Source: Macrostomum hystrix
Taxonomy: Eukaryota; Animalia; Platyhelminthes
Direction of reading: 5' to 3'
Assembly: GCA_950097015.1 (NCBI GenBank)
Contig: CATNEN010000034.1
Coordinates: 3,410,001-3,474,000 of the forward strand
Length of the DNA: 64,000 nt
The notes below the pieces were generated by a model. That model was not told the DNA's origin. It saw only the letters and a list, made by a program, of their open reading frames with translations, and ran no database searches. The translations under genes were made by a program, and so were the position numbers. This document shows positions 59,148 to 64,000 of the stretch, one piece after another. Each line of letters starts with the position of its first letter. Positions within the stretch are counted from its first letter, which is position 1.

Positions 59148-61766
59148 TCGCAGCAGTAGCAGGTGGTTTAGTATCACAGCAGTAGCAGGTGGTTTAGTAT
59201 CACAGCAGTAGCAGGTGGTTTAGTATCACAGCAGTAGCAGGTGGTTTAGTATCACAGCAGTAGCAGGTGGTTTAGTATCACAGCAGTAGCAGGTGGTTTA
59301 GTATCACAGCAGTTACAGGTGTTTTAGTATCACAGCAGTAGCAGGTGGTTTAGTATCACAGCAGTAGCAGGTGGTTTAGTATCACAGCAGTAGCAGGTGG
59401 TTTAGTATCGCAGCAGTAGCAGGTGGTTTAGTATCACAGCAGTAGCAGGTGGTTTAGTATCACAGCAGTAGCAGGTGGTTTAGTATCACAGCAGTAGCAG
59501 CACCGCTCCCCCGATGTGAGCAGTTCCGGTACCTTGGTGGTCTCGTGCCCAGCGTCCAGGAGGACCTGCGGCGTCGCAGAGGGCTTGCGTGGGCGGCTTT
59601 CCGCTCAGTGCGCATCGTGCTCCAAAGCGACGCCCTGCCAGACCAGCTGAGAACCAGACTGTTCCAGGCGGTGGTGGAAACGGTGCTCTTCTACAACGCC
59701 GAGACCTGGACCATGACGGATGTGCTGGAGCGCCAGCTGGACGCGGCGCACTCCAGCCTGCTGCGCGCTGCCTTCAGCGTGCACCGTCACGCCGAACACG
59801 TCACCAACCAGGCTCTCTACCAGCGGGCCAAGCTGAGCCCTCCCAGCGTGACCCTGCGACAGCGCCGCCTGAAGCTGGCGGGCCACGTCATTCGCGCCGA
59901 GTCCTACTGCCCGGAGCCGCTGCAGGAGGTCTTGCTGTACACGCAGCAGGGCCCGTTCCGGCGGGGGCAGGCGCGGACCCGGAGGTTCGTCGACTGTCTG
60001 ACAGAAGACGCCAGGGCGCCTGATCAGATCAATGGCGCTACCTTCATCAGAGACTGCGCAGCTAAGCGTGCTTTTTGACAATGTCCCCCCCTTTCCTGAC
60101 CACTTGTGGCCGGTGGCCATTGTATTTATTGTATTGTATTGTATTGTATTGTAGTATCACAGCAGTAGCAGGTGGTTTAGTATCACAGCAGTAGCAGGTG
60201 GTTTAGTATCACAGCAGTAGCAGGTGGTTTAGTATCGCAGCAGTAGCAGGTGGTTTAGTGCCACAGCAGTAGCAGGTGGTTTAGTATCGCAGCAGTAGCA
60301 GGTGGTTTAGTATCGCAGCAGTAGCAGGTGGTTTAGTATCGCAGCAGTAGCAGGTGGTTTAGTGCCACAGCAGTAGCAGGTGGTTTAGTATCACAGCAGT
60401 AGCAGGTGGTTTAGTATCGCAGCAGTAGCAGGTGGTTTAGTATGGCAGCAGTAGCAGGTGGTTTAGTATCACAGCAGTAGCAGGTGGTTTAGTATCACAA
60501 CAGTAGCAGGTGGTTTAGTATCACAGCAGTAGCAGGTGGTTTAGTATCACAACAGTAGCAGGGGGTTTAGTATCACAGCAGTAGCAGGTGGTTTAGTATC
60601 ACAACAGTAGCAGGTGGTTTAGTATCACAACAGTAGCAGGTGGTTTAGTATCGCAGCAGTAGCAGGTGGTTTAGTATCGCAGCAGTAGCAGGTGGTTTAG
60701 TATCACAACAGTAGCAGGTGGTTTAGTATCACAACAGTAGCAGGTGGTTTAGTATCACAACAGTAGCAGGGGGTTTAGTATCACAGCAGTAGCAGGTGGT
60801 TTAGTATCACAACAGTAGCAGGTGGTTTAGTATCGCAGCAGTAGCAGGTGGTTTAGTATCACAACAGTAGCAGGTGGTTTAGTATCGCAGCAGTAGCAGG
60901 TGGTTTAGTATCACAGCAGTAGCAGGTGGTTTAGTATCACAGCAGTAGCAGGTGGTTTAGTATCACAACAGTAGCAGGTGGTTTAGTATCACAACAGTAG
61001 CAGGTGGTTTAGTATCGCAGCAGTAGCAGGTGGTTTAGTATGGCAGCAGTAGCAGGTGGTTTAGTATGGCAGCAGTAGCAGGTGGTTTAGTATCACAGCA
61101 GTAGCAGGTGGTTTAGTATCACAACAGTAGCAGGTGGTTTAGTATCGCAGCAGTAGCAGGTGGTTTAGTATGGCAGCAGTAGCAGGTGGTTTAGTATGGC
61201 AGCAGTAGCAGGTGGTTTAGTATCGCAGCAGTAGCAGGTGGTTTAGTATCGCAGCAGTAGCAGGTGGTTTAGTATCACAGCAGTAGCAGGTGGTTTAGTA
61301 TCACAGCAGTAGCAGGTGGTTTAGTATCGCAGCAGTAGCAGGTGGTTTAGTATGGCAGCAGTAGCAGGTGGTTTAGTATCACAGCAGTAGCAGGTGGTTT
61401 AGTATCACAACAGTAGCAGGTGGTTTAGTATCACAGCAGTAGCAGGTGGTTTAGTATCGCAGCAGTAGCAGGTGGTTTAGTATCGCAGCAGTAGCAGGTG
61501 GTTTAGTATCACAACAGTAGCAGGTGGTTTAGTATGGCAGCAGTAGCAGGTGGTTTAGTATCGCAGCAGTAGCAGGTGGTTTAGTATCACAGCAGTAGCA
61601 GGTGGTTTAGTATCACAACAGTAGCAGGTGGTTTAGTATCACAACAGTAGCAGGTGGTTTAGTATCACAACAGTAGCAGGTGGTTTAGTATCACAACAGT
61701 AGCAGGTGGTTTAGTATGGCAGCAGTAGCAGGTGGTTTAGTATCACAGCAGTAGCAGGTGGTTTAG
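59148..61766. repeat. 26-bp minisatellite (cagcagtagcaggtggtttagtatca), interrupted by a LINE fragment
   Basis: 26-bp periodicity on both sides of 59501-60151. Confidence 0.97.
59501..60151 (+). mobile_element. 5'-truncated RTE-type non-LTR retrotransposon (3' end) with (TATTG)n tail
   Basis: QFRYLGG...DLRRRRGLAWAAF...LFQAVVETVLFYNAETWT...RRLKLAGHV matches the post-RT region of RTE-clade LINEs. A short 3' UTR and microsatellite tail follow, with an apparent 20-bp TSD. Confidence 0.85.
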
Positions 61767-62594
61767 TTTACTGTCGCAAGAGTACTTGCTGTTTAGTTTG
61801 TTATCGCAAAAATGAAAACGCAGCAGTGCATGATTCAAATGCTGAATAAAAAACGGCTTCTCCTCGCCCAGTCAATTTGAGGCTTTATCATTTTGGAGAA
61901 GTACTGTGTCTGGTCTCTGGCCCGATAAGATAGGTGGGCGAAGGTTGGCGCTAGGCAGAAAGTCGCAGGTTAAAAGCGCATAATCTGCTCGAATAAAACC
62001 GTGTTGGATTTAAGGCAAAGCAATTTCCCTAGAAAGTCTCCGAGCAAAGTAACGCGGAGAATCTGCTCGCCAATGCCGGAGGGCTCCAATTCCAGATGGG
62101 CGGGCGCCAAGTTGCCCAGGCCTCCATTGCGGACTAGGCAAAGATCAATTAAACCAGCAGTTGCCAAGGTGAGTGAAGATTCTCCGGAAACAATTTCGAT
62201 TTAAGCCAAACGGCCAGAGAGGGAGAAAGAAACGCTTAACTCGTTAGCCAATCAACGAAGAGGAAGGGGTTAAGAGCTGATCCGAACACGACCATCGCCA
62301 GGTGCTAGGGGGTAAGGAAGGAAGAAAAAGTTATTGAGAGCTGATTGGCTTAGAGATATCGCTTGTACCCATGGCGTTGACTTGGGCCAAACAGAAAGGC
62401 TGTGGGAGAGTTCAGTCAGACCACAAAGCTTAAAATGACCCTGGCAGAGGGAGTTAATTAACAATTAATATTCGTACGGGTTGTCGCACTCTCGAAGCGC
62501 ACTCGAAAATCGGGATCTTAGTGTGAGAGTTAAAAACCAGACTGCGAAAAATCACGGGCTCTACCTATCTAGTGTTTACTGCCTCCATGCACAG

Positions 62595-64000
62595 AAGACC
62601 TACCTGGACGAGCTGCCGTACTACTCGAGCTACCAGCTGGCGGAAAATGAGGTTCCTCTGGCCAGGTACCTGCTGCCGTCCGATCCCAGCGAGGTGCAGC
62701 GAGGCGTCGAGGACGGCCGCTTCCCGACGCTGACCAACCTCGCCCGCCTGCAGCGCCAGCTCGGCCAGCCGCCCAATCCGTCGGGCGACAAAGCGAACGA
62801 GTCGCCGCCGGCGCCGTTTCCGCCGCGTCGCACAAAGGCGGAGCTGCTCGGCTCGACTGACTTCAGCGCCACGGACGAGTTCGCCAGGTCGGTGACGCTG
62901 CAGCCAAGCGACGACTGGGAGCGGCTGGCGCAACGGCTGTTCGAGCAGAGCCGCAGCAACCTGGACAAGGTGCGGGCGGCCTTCTGCTTCGCCTGCATGC
63001 ACAGGGACCTGCCCGAGGTTGAACACGCCGGCCAACCGTACGAGAATGCTCGTGCGGGCAACTTCAACCAGGTGTTCGCCGCTCTTCTAATGTAAGGCTT
63101 GAAAGGCTCAGCTAAAAATTATCGAGAACTTGGTACTTTGACACTGCAGGGAGGCGAGGGATGCCCATTCCACTAAACTGTATAGTCCCGCAGGCAGGCG
63201 ATGGTGCAGTCAGGTCGGTCCGCCGGTCTTTCCTGCAGCGTTGTATTCCGTGGGGAAGAATCTGGCTTATCTTGTTGCCCGAAAGATCTGGACAGCCATG
63301 TAGTGCTGTCGGGCTGGAAAACTTCACCCGTGGATGGATTGGGCCCGAGTTAGCGCAGCTGGTCTCTCTGAGAGAAAGGGCAGTGACAAACGATTTTGTC
63401 GTTCTCACAGAAATCGCAGAATCTCTAGGTCGCGCTGAAGTAAACAGTGCCAGGCGAGGTAGCCATAGCCCGTGAGAGTCGTGATGAGGGCGCGTTAGGT
63501 TGGTTCCGAGAGTGGAGTTGTTTTTTTCGATTTTGGGTCAGAAGGATGTTCTGGAGCCTGTAACAAGGGTGCAAAGCTGCTAGAAATCTTATTGAGTTCT
63601 CATGGGCTTATCAACAATCCGTACTCACTCTAATCAATTCTAGAATAGCTGACGTGCCAATGCAAGTGATCAGCGGCTACAAGAAGGGCGTCGGCTACGA
63701 GTCGGGGCTCAAGGCGCAGCTCGGTGGTGTCTGGTTCGCCTGCTATGTCGAGGGCGAATGGCGATTCGTAGATCCGCACTGGGCGGCCCAGTCGATTAGC
63801 GACTACGACACGGGAAACTATGGCCGCATCGACCAGCGAGGTTACGTAAAAACTGGCACGGAGACTGATGGAACCACCAACTACCAGCTGAACGAGTTCT
63901 GGTTCCTCACTGACCCGGATCAGTTTGCTGTTAATCACTTCCCGAGCCAGGATCAGCTGCAGTGGCAACTGCTGGCTAGGCCGCTCAGCTTTCACGAGTT
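62595..64000 (+). CDS. Hillarin/KY-like protein, paralog 2 (runs off the window)
   Basis: Exons 62595-63091 and 63644->64000 with matching phase-2 splice: VISGYKKGVGYESG...WFACYVEGEWRFVDPHW...NEFWFLTDPD...WQLLARP. A likely upstream exon ends at 62168 (gtgagt). Confidence 0.85.

Overview
Eukaryotic (animal) genomic DNA with GC-rich exons, AT-rich introns, GT-AG splicing and many minisatellites. The style resembles a flatworm such as Macrostomum, but that is an impression, not a proven assignment. Host genes, left to right: the 3' two exons of MCM9 (minus), whose 6.5-kb intron holds a 16-bp satellite and a nested, opposite-strand gene for a secreted protein built from five tandem Cys-rich exon modules; a complete 5-exon fatty acid transport protein (FATP/SLC27A1-4-like); an extended-SDR/NAD-dependent epimerase-family gene with a predicted signal peptide; a head-to-head CYB5D1 / CFAP97D-like pair; and two tandem hillarin/KY-type transglutaminase-like genes. 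Mobile DNA: a MITE, an internally deleted Tc1-like element, a P-like (THAP) transposase split into three out-of-order pieces, a Buster/Charlie hAT fossil, SINE fragments, a 5'-truncated RTE-type LINE inside a satellite, and a 15.5-kb head-to-tail array of four non-autonomous Helitrons whose internal minisatellites expanded independently. Best leads: the nested tandem-exon Cys-rich polyprotein, the Helitron tetramer, the scrambled P transposase, and the hillarin-like gene with an Ala-rich rod and a dynein-MTBD-like tail. All comparisons were made by eye; no database searches were run.
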